Shown piece by piece: positions 21,326 to 32,163 of a stretch of DNA of 52,193 nucleotides. The stretch covers positions 1-52,193 of the forward strand of contig BAAIJX010000093.1 of assembly GCA_054600435.1 (NCBI GenBank), in the 5' to 3' direction. This DNA is from Neophaeotheca triangularis. Lineage: Eukaryota. Position 1 is the first letter of the stretch, and every line of letters starts with the position of its first letter. The notes under the pieces were generated by a model. That model was not told where the DNA came from, did not search any database, and worked only from the letters and a program-made list of their open reading frames with translations. The translations under genes were made by a program, and so were the position numbers.

Positions 21326-23696
21326 TCACAGAGTCAACCCCATCCCCCCAGCCTCTTCCGCCCTCATCACAACCCCTCGCCAACCAATCCTCGGCCCAGT
21401 GCCAAACCCCCCAACATTCGAAGTCGCGACAAGACCTTGAGCCCATTTCCGCCAAAAAGCCCTTCTGCCGCCATCATCCTCCCCTTCATCATCCGAGCCA
21501 GAATTGAGATTGCGTAAGAAAAGGAACGTAAGCATTTCCTCGGACAACACTCGACCCTCGTTGGCAGAGACGGTGGTGAAAGGGTCTTGACCGCCAGTCC
21601 CTGCACTTGCAGCTTCGGAGTGATTGGGAGCGAAAGCGTTCAACTCCCTCCATCCCCTCTCCAACTCCCGAATAAAAACCGCAACATCGCCCCCGCACCC
21701 CTCCAAAGTCGTAGCCATCAGCTCCTCATAGGCCGCAAAAGCCCCACCTGCACCAGTAGGCCTACACGCGTGCTCCAAAGCCTCCCAGACACCCTTCGCA
21801 TGCTTCAGATGCTCAACCCTGCTTCTCCAGATTGGCGCGAGTAGTGTCCAGAAACCGGATAGTAGCACGTTGTTGCGGCGGTTGTAGATGGCGAGTTGAC
21901 GGATATACTCATTCCAAACTGATCTCTCTACTTCCTCTTCTCCAGCCGCCGGTTTCGGAGCTCGTGGCTCGACTTTCTGGCCCAGCAGTACATCGGCCGT
22001 GTTTTCCCTTCGACTTGCGGCGAGGAAGGCTCGGCTGAATTGCGGCCAGTCGGCTGCGGTTTGTAGGGGAGGATTGTGTTGATAGCTTTCGCCCGTGCCG
22101 GTGGAAGCTTGGGCTAGACTTTCGACAAAAGAGGATTGGAGCGTCAGTTTCTCCTTTGGGTTTTGGTTGGCTTGAGCGTGGGAGGGGTTGATTGCGGCGA
22201 GGTTTGCGAGGATGGCGGAAGCGTCCTCGATGTTTTGTTGCCGTTTAGAGATGCCTGAGCGGCGAGGCGCGGCGTTGGGAGTGGAGTGCGTGGTGGTTCC
22301 CGCGGCCATGCCGAGAAGAGCGCTTGGTGCTGTGGTTGTTGTGTTTGGGTCTGTTGGGTTGGATGTGGTGACTTCGACATCCTCATCGCCGTCTTGCCTG
22401 ACGATACCACTCCGCTGCTGTACAGCGGGGTGCGCTTCGCTCAAGTCGTGGTCGTAGTGACAAGTCGCATTTGTCCTCTCGCAAGTCCCGCATGTCGGTC
22501 TCACGCTGTTGCACCTGGTTTTCTTCGCCCTACAATTTGTACACGCCGATGGATATCCAGTCCCTTGCTTCATCTCCTCTTTCCGATGCACGCAAGTACC
22601 GTACATGTTGTAGGTGAGCTTCATATTGCCGACATCGGCGCGGGTGAAGAGCCCATTAGGGTTAGTGCGTTGCAGGAATGTCAAGACTTGCGCGGTCGAG
22701 TTGCCGATTGCGAAAAGACCGTCGACAGCCTTCTCCACTCCCCCCATCCTTGCTCTCCTACGGTGACCAGGCATGGAAAGGGCATCGAGCGGGCCATGGT
22801 TGTGGTGTGTAATGCGAAGTCGAATCTGCCACTCTCCTTCAGCGTTCTGTGGGTCGCAAGCCACGGCCGTCAAACTCATGGGACAGCCAGTACGATTGCT
22901 CTTCCTGTTGAGACGCTGCCTCGTCTGGTCGGTTAACCCTCCGGTATTGGACATTTTACCATGCTTGCGGCAATTGTAGTAGCGCTTGTAAAATTGGCCT
23001 TTTGCGTTCTTTCTGTTGGCTCTACGCACCATCTCGTACCCATGCTCAAGCGACCAGGCGTGGATGTGCTCCTCCAGCGCGTCGGCGCCAGGGAAGATGC
23101 CCTCCGGTGGTGGTGGAATGTGAAAAACGGGATCATCCTCCCCTTCGCCGTTGTCATTTCCATCCTCCTCTTGACTACGCTCGTTAATACCTTGCTCTTG
23201 CTGTCCCGTCCCTCCCCCAAGCGCGTTCACCAAGTTCAGCTCATAGTCTGCACTTGGAGAGTTGGACTGCGGGGGCGGAGCACCCGGTCCGTTGCCCGGA
23301 GATTGAACTTGGGGTCGTTGCTCCTGCTGCTGCTGCTTTCGGGGCCTGCCTCGTCCGCGTTCCGGCGGCTGCCTCGAGGATTGAGTCGGCGCTGGAGACT
23401 GCGATTGCTGTTGCGGGTACGAAAGGGTCTCAGGTAGCGGCGGGGGTTGAGACTGCGGAGTCTGGTGGCTGGCAAAGTTCAAGGAGGATGGCTGTTGCTG
23501 TGATTGCTGCTGTGATTGCTGCTGCTGCTGCGGGGGTTGGGAGTAAGCATACGGAGCCTGCACCGGAGGTTGATACGGGTAGTTGCCATATTGGAGCGAT
23601 TGCAGCGGCGGATAAGGATCGTCTGCTGAAGGATTAGAAAAGGTCACATGATTTCCGAAAGACAAGTGAAGGGAACTCACATGGTCCGGAGTTCAT
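21326..23696 (-). CDS. Chimeric DNA-binding protein: AT-hook + MULE/FAR1 DNA-binding region + Zn(II)2Cys6 cluster + Copia Gag-like C-terminal domain
   Basis: Exon 1 23696-23681 (ATG AAC TCC GGA CCA T), intron 23680-23626 (GTGAGT...CTAAT...CAG), exon 2 to 21326. Motifs: RGRGRPRK; HAWSLEHGYEMVRR...YYNCRKHG...RKSNRTGCPM...WQI...HNH; CTNCRAKKTRCNSVRPTCGTCERTNATC; PLQTAADWPQF...HAKGVWEALEH...LSEEMLTFLFLRNL. Confidence 0.88.
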
Positions 23697-24678
23697 GTCG
23701 GTTGTGGCTGGCGATAGTGTCGATGTTCGATGTCAATGGATACGGGCGCTGGGTGCTCGTTAGAACGTGCAACCAGCTTCGTATTGATGAGACACCCGCA
23801 AGTGGGGTGCCAAAGTGCCAAGCCCGGGTCGGCCCCTACGAGCTCTCCGAAACTTCACCCTCATCCCGATCATTATTTCAGACCTCACCCTCCATTTTTC
23901 CAGACCTCACCCTCCATTTGCCCGCCTAAGGTATCACGATACCATGAATAATTGCCCCTGCACCGATGCAACGTATGGATAAAAAATAAACTCGTATCCA
24001 CGAACGCTTTCACGGTTTTCCGTAGTACCAATGTTCTTAGGAGCTGCCGGTAACTGCAAAAACACCATCTTGGACCCTACGCACGCGAGAGACGCCAGCA
24101 GCATATATGCACTGCTAGATGCTCTCGATACTCTCGAATACAAACACCGAAACACCATACGTTGTCTCTCCCTGCCGACAGACGTCACCAGCGTCGGCGA
24201 TGTGTTCAATGAAGCATACGCGCAGACAAAAGAACTTCAAAATCGCTCTCGTATCAAGCAAGCACCAGTCGTTGATCTGAGAACGGTCACGGGTCTACCT
24301 CGTCGACCAAAACGGAAAAAGTAATACGACTTCTGGACAGATTGAAGTCGGCAGGTCATGTGGTAGCCGGTGTTGATCTTGTGTACGTAGGACTACCCTG
24401 GGCAGGCATCAAGATCATTCTTGAGTTAGGCGCTGGCCGAAGAGCTGCCTCGTACCACTGAGACTGTCCCTTAACACTACCTGAGTAGTTCATAGGTTTG
24501 CTTTGAACGACAGTAAAGAGAAGTCTTAGTCGCAAGACTTGCGCTGGCGCTTTACACAAGCAATCGGCTGAAAGTATATTTGGATCGTTATGGGTGGCTG
24601 GTTAATAAGACATCAAACGCATCGAATACACCAAAAATCACACACGCTACAACTGAACACAAAACAAACGCACCAGAC

Positions 24679-26148
24679 TCAACCCATCCTCATCCTTTCA
24701 TCGTCTTCCCGCTCCTGGTCAGCCTGTTGTTGTGCCGGGTCCACAGGTCCAGCCTGTCCGGCAGCCTCACCAACAACTCGACCCTCTCCAGCGGCCAGAG
24801 GAGGCCGCCTCTCCGGTCCCCCGTTGTCATCCCCCCACGCCGCGACCCTCTCCCGACGTAGCCTTCGCGCATCCTCAGCAAGAACCAGTTCTTCCAAGGT
24901 CTTTCCACTAATAAATCTTTCCCACACGCTCAGCCCCCGCTCGTTGGACTTGTATTGAGTGTCCAGAGCATCCTGTAAGGATCTGGCTCTCTCATCCAAG
25001 TCCACCATTCTGTTAATATACCAGAGCCGGCCTCGCATCTCCATACCCGCTTGCTCTTTCTTCACCTCGACACTCATCAACTTCAACGCGACTTCGACGA
25101 AAGCGGCGTGAGGCTTCAGGGCACGATGCATGCGCGTCCACTGAGGATCACCATAAGAGATGAAGTCGGAAAGCCCAAGCCAATTGTGGCTGAAGCACGC
25201 AATGATACGGGAGGCCTCGTGACGCCATGTCTCGTTGTTGCCGATGGTGTTCGCCCTCGTAAGTAATCGAAGCATCCTCTCGCACATTTGAAGCCGTTGG
25301 CGATCAGCCAGGACTGCTTCTCGGTTGCTCACATAATCATGAAACCCCCACAAGAAGCGATCGTTGGCCGCAATGCCCGACGGTCTCAATTCGGACTCAA
25401 ATTCCCTGTAATGCTGCAACCATGGGGGTCCGCCGAACTCCGGCCAGTGATGGCCTTCAAAGTCGACCTCGCGCCAGTAATCCCAAATCCTCGCATAGAG
25501 AGAGTGCCCGCGGACATCCAAAGTTGGGTCGATCTCATCGATGTCAATCAATTCTCTCCAGAGCACTATCATGTGACGAATTCGTTCGACATCAAAACTA
25601 AACGCCTGTAGTCGGTCTGCTTCCTGCTCATGAACTGGTTCGTACAGCCTACAGGTACCCTCGGCGGCGCCGTCGGCCGTGTAGTGGCCGCTCCCAGGGT
25701 GGTCGGCTTCAATGCCGCAGAGATAGCAGAAATGCGCCCGGCAGCTGTGGGCCGAGCACGTCATGTGATTGCAGCCGGTGAAGCGAAAGAATCGCATGAA
25801 GCATCTAGGGCAGTCCTGGTAATCGACACCCCTCGTCAAGTCTGGGATCGGAGACAGTTCTTTGGGAACGCGAGCGAGGCGCTCTTGGTGTACGGCTTTG
25901 TATCTTTCGACCATTTCCGGGGGGAAGTATTGCTCGAAAGTCTCAATTTCCATGGTGTGGGTGCCCCATTTTGGTGGCCAGGCCATTTCGTTCTCGATGG
26001 CTGCTTCGAAAAGTGGCTGGATGCTGGTCGGAATGCAGCCTGCGCACAGCGCAGCTCCTGCTCCTGGGACCTCGAAGGGAGCCTCGCCTGGGTAGTCTCC
26101 CAGGCATACGCCGCATGTGTAAGTTGCTTGATTGTTTTCTTCTGCCAT
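24679..26148 (-). CDS. Truncated RBR-type (RING2/Rcat-containing) E3 ubiquitin ligase-like protein
   Basis: Likely start MAEENNQ at 26148. Degenerate RING1 (CGVC...LCAGC...WPPKWG), then CPRC...GCNHMTC...C...FCYLCG, the RBR RING2 signature that carries the catalytic Cys. Confidence 0.8.
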   Translation of the reverse strand: MAEENNQATYTCGVCLGDYPGEAPFEVPGAGAALCAGCIPTSIQPLFEAAIENEMAWPPKWGTHTMEIETFEQYFPPEMVERYKAVHQERLARVPKELSPIPDLTRGVDYQDCPRCFMRFFRFTGCNHMTCSAHSCRAHFCYLCGIEADHPGSGHYTADGAAEGTCRLYEPVHEQEADRLQAFSFDVERIRHMIVLWRELIDIDEIDPTLDVRGHSLYARIWDYWREVDFEGHHWPEFGGPPWLQHYREFESELRPSGIAANDRFLWGFHDYVSNREAVLADRQRLQMCERMLRLLTRANTIGNNETWRHEASRIIACFSHNWLGLSDFISYGDPQWTRMHRALKPHAAFVEVALKLMSVEVKKEQAGMEMRGRLWYINRMVDLDERARSLQDALDTQYKSNERGLSVWERFISGKTLEELVLAEDARRLRRERVAAWGDDNGGPERRPPLAAGEGRVVGEAAGQAGPVDPAQQQADQEREDDERMRMG

Positions 26149-27330
26149 GGTGATGAGTGTAAAAACAGGTGATGGTAAGTGTATAATCGATCTGGTCTTC
26201 GAAAGAGGGGGCGGGTAAATCCAGTCCGCATTTCTAAAGGCTTCGCGAGGAAAGTCAATGGGCCTTGTCTTCGCCGGAATAGTCGATGGAGACAATGCAA
26301 AACCTCGATCAAATCTCCCGTCGAGAATAGCTTCATTGTATCGGACTTCTTGCTCCTACTAGGAATATGAGGATGAATAGCCGAAGGAGAAGAAAGAAGG
26401 TGGCTGAAGATAGAAAGACAAAGGACTTGAACTTGCTTTGACATTCAGCTTCGACCCAAGGCTGGCGACAAAGGACTGCCACCGCGAGCAACACCTGCCG
26501 CTGAATAACATAATACTGCCAAGAAAGACAATGAGAGGGACTTCGTCGCAACGCAATAGGGGCCGACGGCGTTTGTCAACCACGTGTAGCCGTACCTAGG
26601 TTCGCCGTCCAGCCTTCAAAGTTGAGAGTCCACGTTGCAAGCACATTACTGCGTTTGCTGAACCCACTGTCAACAGCCTGCAAAGCCAGGGTGGGCGACA
26701 AAGACAAGTATTCGCTCTCCATTCATGGGTGGGAGACTTGTCGTGGTAATTGAGACTGCCGTCGGTGCATTAGACATTGAGCATCAGACTCGATTGGGGG
26801 ATATGCTTCTTGAGAGTTGACCATGGCCCAGCTCGGTAGCGAATGCTGACAATCTTCCCTGGCCCCTGGAAGCGCCATTAAGGGGTTCATAGGGGCAGAG
26901 ATGCAACTGGGCCAGCCGTCGCTTCGCGCAAGGAAGTCGTCGTCGTCGTCGTCGTCGTCGGAAAAAGCCCTCGCTGGAGACTGTCGGGGACGAACTCGTC
27001 GTGCGCGAGATGTTGAACTGTCGTCATCATTTTCATCTTGTACGATGTCTACTGCCGACGTCAAATGTGGTGTCGTGGATGAGGAGAGCGAAGGTGTAAG
27101 GGTTGGAGTTACGGCCTGCTGAGGTTCGTTCGAGTTAGTGGAGGTCGGCGGTCGGCGGTCGCAACCAAAGCCGCCGACCGCCAAGCCATGACGATATCCA
27201 CATCGCGTCTCCCAATGAACGTCTCACGCGTCTCGAATCATCATCTCCCCCCTCACCGACCATCTCCATCCTCCTCCTCTCTTTTTACCACCTGTAGCCT
27301 TCCACCCACTCCACTCCGCCCCGCTCCGCC

Positions 27331-29097
27331 ATGGCCTTCCATTCATCACCACCATTAATACCCGACGACACCGCCGAGCTCCCCTCCACGCGCTCCCTGG
27401 GCCCGGACACCCACCTCCCCGAACCCTACTTCAAAAACTTGCCCTCTCACTTCGACTCGGACGCCAACGTCCCCAGTAGCGATCCCATCTTCAGCGACTC
27501 GCCAAGTGAAGCCGACGTTGCAGACTATCAGTCCCCCGAGCGTCAGAAGCGAAAACGTCGCGGTCCGTGGTGGGAACATGATAAGAAGCAGAAACAGCGG
27601 AAGATGCGGGGGCAGAGCAGTTTGCGGAAAGCTTTGGCCAAGGGGAAGGGGGTGGGCGGGCCGGTTGATAGCGGTGTCTGGATGGGCAGTGATGCTAGCG
27701 AGGAAAGCTTGGATAGTGTGATTGGGAGTGGGGAGCGGATGAAGGCGTTGAGGGTGCGGGAGAGCAGTGTTGAGGAGGATCAGGATCAGGAGATGGAGCA
27801 GGAGGAGGAATGGAATGGCTTCAGCGATGATGAGCCGCCAACGAGTCAGGCGACGGTCAGCGGGGACGACGCTGCCTTTGATATTGTGCAGAGTTGCGTC
27901 GATGCCGGCAAGGAGGTGGTGGACTTGTCCGATCTGGCTTTGACCGAACTGAGCAACGATACCCTACGCCCTCTCCACCAACTCATCCGTCATCCGCATA
28001 TATCTCTCACTGAGCCGCCGAGCGAGGAAGAATTCACGACACTCACACCTTCCATTCAGCTCTACCTCGCCGGCAATTGGCTGCGCAGTCTTCCCTCGGA
28101 GCTGTTCGGCCTCGAGAACTTAAACGTCTTGAGTCTGCGCAACAACAGTTTAGAGGAGATTCCTCGAGGGATCGATAAACTTCGCAAATTGAAGGAGTTG
28201 AACATCGCCCAGAACAACGTATCCGTCCTGCCTTGGGAGATGCTCGAGCTTGTTGGCCGAAGAACAACGAGCAAACGCATCACGCTACGACCCAACCCTT
28301 TCCTACAGCCCTCATACTTTGATCACGGGCTTTCTACCGGTGCACTGGCAGACTTGACGTCCCGTTTGAACCCTCGCCTCAAGCGGATCTTGGTCAACGA
28401 CAGTCCGAAGTACCGCCCCGCAGATGCGGAAGAACAAGACTGGCAGCGACTACAAGACATTGCCGAAGCCTTTTCGGTCGACCCACGCTGGGTGGAACTC
28501 TCCCTTCGCTTCAAAGAAGCCGAATTGATGAAATGGCAACAAATCGAGCAACGCTCCTGGTGCCGCGAGGCCTTCATGATTGCCCGCCAACAAACCCCGA
28601 CCGGCAGTCTGGTCAACACAACCCTCTACCTCGCCTCCTCAGCAATCCAATACTTCAACCCGGACGGCTCCGCTTACCGACCCTCCAACGCATCACAGTC
28701 TCCGGCGGCACCCTCCCTCGAACCAATCCTCACGCCGACCCAGACCACCGCACCTCAGCCACCCTCCACCCACTCCAACGCCCCCTCCCTCTTCTCCCTA
28801 TCCCTCGCCCACCTCCAAGCCAACCGCGACCTCTCCGTCCTACCCGCCGATCTACCAACTCCAATCACAACAGCTCTGGAAAAAGCGCACGCTTCCAACG
28901 TTTCCGGCTTCGGCAATGAGAAGTGCAGTTCCTGCTGGCGTCGCTTCGTCATTCCTCGAGCCGAGTGGGTGGAGTACTGGGCTGTGAATGCTGTACCCAA
29001 AGCGCCTCTGAAGGCCAGTGATGTTTTACCGTTTCGCAGGAGGGTTTGTAGGTGGGGGTGTGCTAGGGTGGGATGGGTGGGGGATCATGTGTATTAG
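27331..29097 (+). CDS. Leucine-rich repeat protein
   Basis: 588-aa intronless ORF with LRR consensus segments VDLSDLALTEL, LYLAGNWLRSLP, LSLRNNSLEEIP, LNIAQNNVSVLP. C-terminal Cys cluster CSSC...CRWGC. Confidence 0.9.
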   Translation: MAFHSSPPLIPDDTAELPSTRSLGPDTHLPEPYFKNLPSHFDSDANVPSSDPIFSDSPSEADVADYQSPERQKRKRRGPWWEHDKKQKQRKMRGQSSLRKALAKGKGVGGPVDSGVWMGSDASEESLDSVIGSGERMKALRVRESSVEEDQDQEMEQEEEWNGFSDDEPPTSQATVSGDDAAFDIVQSCVDAGKEVVDLSDLALTELSNDTLRPLHQLIRHPHISLTEPPSEEEFTTLTPSIQLYLAGNWLRSLPSELFGLENLNVLSLRNNSLEEIPRGIDKLRKLKELNIAQNNVSVLPWEMLELVGRRTTSKRITLRPNPFLQPSYFDHGLSTGALADLTSRLNPRLKRILVNDSPKYRPADAEEQDWQRLQDIAEAFSVDPRWVELSLRFKEAELMKWQQIEQRSWCREAFMIARQQTPTGSLVNTTLYLASSAIQYFNPDGSAYRPSNASQSPAAPSLEPILTPTQTTAPQPPSTHSNAPSLFSLSLAHLQANRDLSVLPADLPTPITTALEKAHASNVSGFGNEKCSSCWRRFVIPRAEWVEYWAVNAVPKAPLKASDVLPFRRRVCRWGCARVGWVGDHVY

Positions 29098-30174
29098 GGT
29101 TGTTTGTATAAGGGGGTTTGTTGATGCGGGCTGGACAAGGGAGGGCAGGGATGGAGTATGAGTATCACGGGAGAGGGTGGGATGTTTGGGAATATCGTGG
29201 AAGCGGACGAGGTGTTTTGGAGGCGGTCTGGGGCGTGGCATGGCTGGGAGAGTCGGTGATGCTTGAGCGCCCTACGACGATTGCGATGCTGGTATCGACT
29301 TCTTCGGGACTGAGTTTGACGGTCATTCCGCATTGTTCAGAGGCCAGCGATACCGCGAGTATGTACACATTGTTATCTCTCGTCTGGTCTTGACGAGCTG
29401 TAGGTAGTCGGTCTTTCTGGAAGATCAATCACACGGGAAAACAGTCTAGCGACACCCCTCCGGCTGGGGTTCACTCGCTGCCCCGAAGTCGTTCCCGGCT
29501 CAGCAGTCGTTCGATATCGAATCTTACTGTAAAAACGCGGTTCACAACAAGCAACCCGGTCGACTGCGTCTGCCATCCGAGTCCCGAGCTTGGTGCATCC
29601 CCCGCTTTCCATGGGGTGCGGGTGACCCCCCGGGTGGGCTCTGTCAAGATACTCCGGAGGGGCCGGAACGACGACGGGCTAAAACTACCGGTCGGCCGTA
29701 GAACCGTAGCCCGAGTCAGTCGTATTGACGGCCTCGAACGGGAATGGGTCGAGTTCTAATTAAAAAGCACCAACGCCCCGGCCGCCACGTGGGGTACCAA
29801 ACCTGCCGATTGATTAAACGGCGGAGCTACCCCATGGAGGCCCACGAAGGCGTTGACGATCCGAGCCGAGAGAACCTAGGTGGTCTCTGGAGATCCGCCT
29901 GTTCGCAACAGCCCTGGCTTCAAGTTACACCGATTCATACGGTATACCCCTCGAAATGCCCGCTCACGCTACTGGCACTCCGGAGGGGTTAGACTTGGAG
30001 ATGCCCCAGACCTATGCATGTCCGTATAACAAGCTGGCCCGCATGGCAGTAGACTTAGGTAGGTTCGGGTTGTTGCAAGGTTGTTCATGCACATGACGAG
30101 AGAGTGTTAAGTACGGCTGGCTGCCTTTCTCCATTCCCCCTTTTCCATAGACCTACTACACCATCACAGCAACT

Positions 30175-32163
30175 ATGGCGGTCGAAGATGTCGTCGCCCC
30201 GACTGAGCGGGAAACCAAGGCTCTCGACGACAATACCGACTCCAAGCAGACCATACAGTTTGCTCAGGACAGCGACGCCGCAGACCGATCTTTGACCATC
30301 ATGCAAGCGTGTAAGAAATACAAAAAGGCTGTTACTTGGGCTTTGCTGCTTTCCACTGCCTTGATCATGGAGGGTTACGATATTGTCATTGTGAGCTATC
30401 ATTTCCCGTACCTCATCCCCCCATGCTCAAATACTAACATTGGCTTCTTCCCAGATCACCTCTTTCTACGGCCAGTCGCAGTTTCAACAGACATTCGGTG
30501 TTCCTGACCCAGACGGGGAACCGGGAGACTACATCATCACTCCTCACTGGCAGACGGTCCTCAGCAATGCCGCGCTATTGGGTCAATTGACTGGGCTTCT
30601 CGTCAACGGATGGTCTCAAGACCGCTTCGGCTGCCGTCGCACATACATGTTCTTCATGGGTTGGATGTTTTGCGCAGTCTTCATCATCTTCTTCGCTCCT
30701 TCGCTCGAGGTTCTGGCTTTTGGTGAAGCCATGTGCGGTATCTCTTGGGGTATCTTTCAGGTATGCGACAGCAGAAGCCTCGTGAGCAGCTGTCGAGCAT
30801 CTACTGACTGTCACTCTAGACTTTGTCGACAACTTACGCCGTCGAAATCGTTCCGACCATCCTCCGACCCTACGTCACAGCCTACGTCTGCATGTGCTGG
30901 GGCGCAGGTATCCTCCTATCTTCCGGTGTCGTCAGGGCTATGGTTGGCGTTGAAGGCGACCTAGGATGGAAGCTCCCTTTCGGTCTGCAGTGGATCTGGC
31001 CCTTGCCTTTGATGGCCGTCGCATACTTCGCACCCGAGTCCCCCTGGAACGCTTTCCGCCGCGGTAACGTCGAAGAAGCCAGGCGCAGTCTCACCAGGCT
31101 ACAAGCTGCGGGTGTCGACGTAGAGCAGAATGTCAAAGCTGGACTCGCCTACATCGAGTACACCACCGCTCTTGAGAAGGCCGAGACCGAGTCCGCGAGC
31201 TACCTTGAATGCTTCAAGGGTACCAACCTCCGCCGTACCGAGATTGTGAGTGCTCCCACTTCGCTTGTCAATACCAATCCCCTTCTAATCGCCTACAGAA
31301 TTGCGTCGTCTGGGCCGCTCAACACCTTTGCGGCAACACCATCCTCGGCTACTCGGTCGTCTTCCTCCAAGCCGCCGGCTTCAGCGAAGTTCAATCCTTC
31401 AACGTCAACATCTCCCTCTCCGCCTGCTACATCATCGGCGGCCTAATATGCTTCCTCCTTTTCCCCCGCTTCGGCCGCGCTACGATATACATGACCGGCT
31501 TGTCAATCATGTTCGTCATCCTCGTCGTCATCGGAGGTCTAGGTTTCGCGCCCGAGGGCAACGGAAGCGCCCAACTCGCCATCGGAATCCTGCTCGTCAT
31601 GTCCACCCTCGCAAACATGATCTCCGTCGGCCCCGTCTGCTACCCCATCGTCGCGGAAACTCCTTCAGGCCGCTTGCGCTACAAGACAATCTGCATAGGT
31701 CGCTTCACCTACAACCTCGTCGGCCTCTTCCACAACTCCGTCACCCCGCGCATGCTGTCGCCAGTCGGTAGGCCATGACATCACACAACCCCCAAAAACC
31801 CCAGCACACCCTTGCTAACCTTGCTGCGTGAATGTAGGCTGGAACTGGGGCGCCAAAGCCGCCCTCTTCTACGCCGGCACCAACCTCTGCTGCAACATCT
31901 GGTGCTGGTTCCGCCTCCCGGAGACCAAAGACCGCCCTTTTGGCGAAATCGACATAATGTTTGAGAATAAAGTCAAAGCCCGTAAATTCAGGACTACGGA
32001 TGTTGATCGTAAGTCTTTCCTCCCTTATACCAGATGCTTTTTGGTAGGGTTTCAGGAGTGACAGGCTAACGCCGGAGCAGAATTCTCTGGTCATGGCAGG
32101 GCCGGAAGCACTTACACCGAGGAGAAGACGGCCACTGAGCATGTGGAGGCTAAGTCAGATTAG
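30175..32163 (+). CDS. MFS sugar porter, maltose/general alpha-glucoside permease family
   Basis: Exons 30175-30390, 30455-30760, 30820-31245, 31299-31767, 31838-32008, 32081-32163, all GT-AG and in phase. Motifs LIMEGYD, DRFGCR, PESPW, CFKGTNLRRTEI, AETPSGRLR, FRLPETKDR are characteristic of Mal61/Agt1-like permeases. Confidence 0.95.

Noticed and set aside
21000..24000. Autonomous MULE or Copia element around the chimeric gene
   Set aside because: No DDE domain, protease, RT or integrase, and no TIRs, LTRs or TSD found by eye.
24031..24324. 97-aa ORF ending in PRRPKRKK
   Set aside because: Looks protein-like, but I could not build an in-phase upstream exon from the nearby donor and recognise no family; left uncalled.
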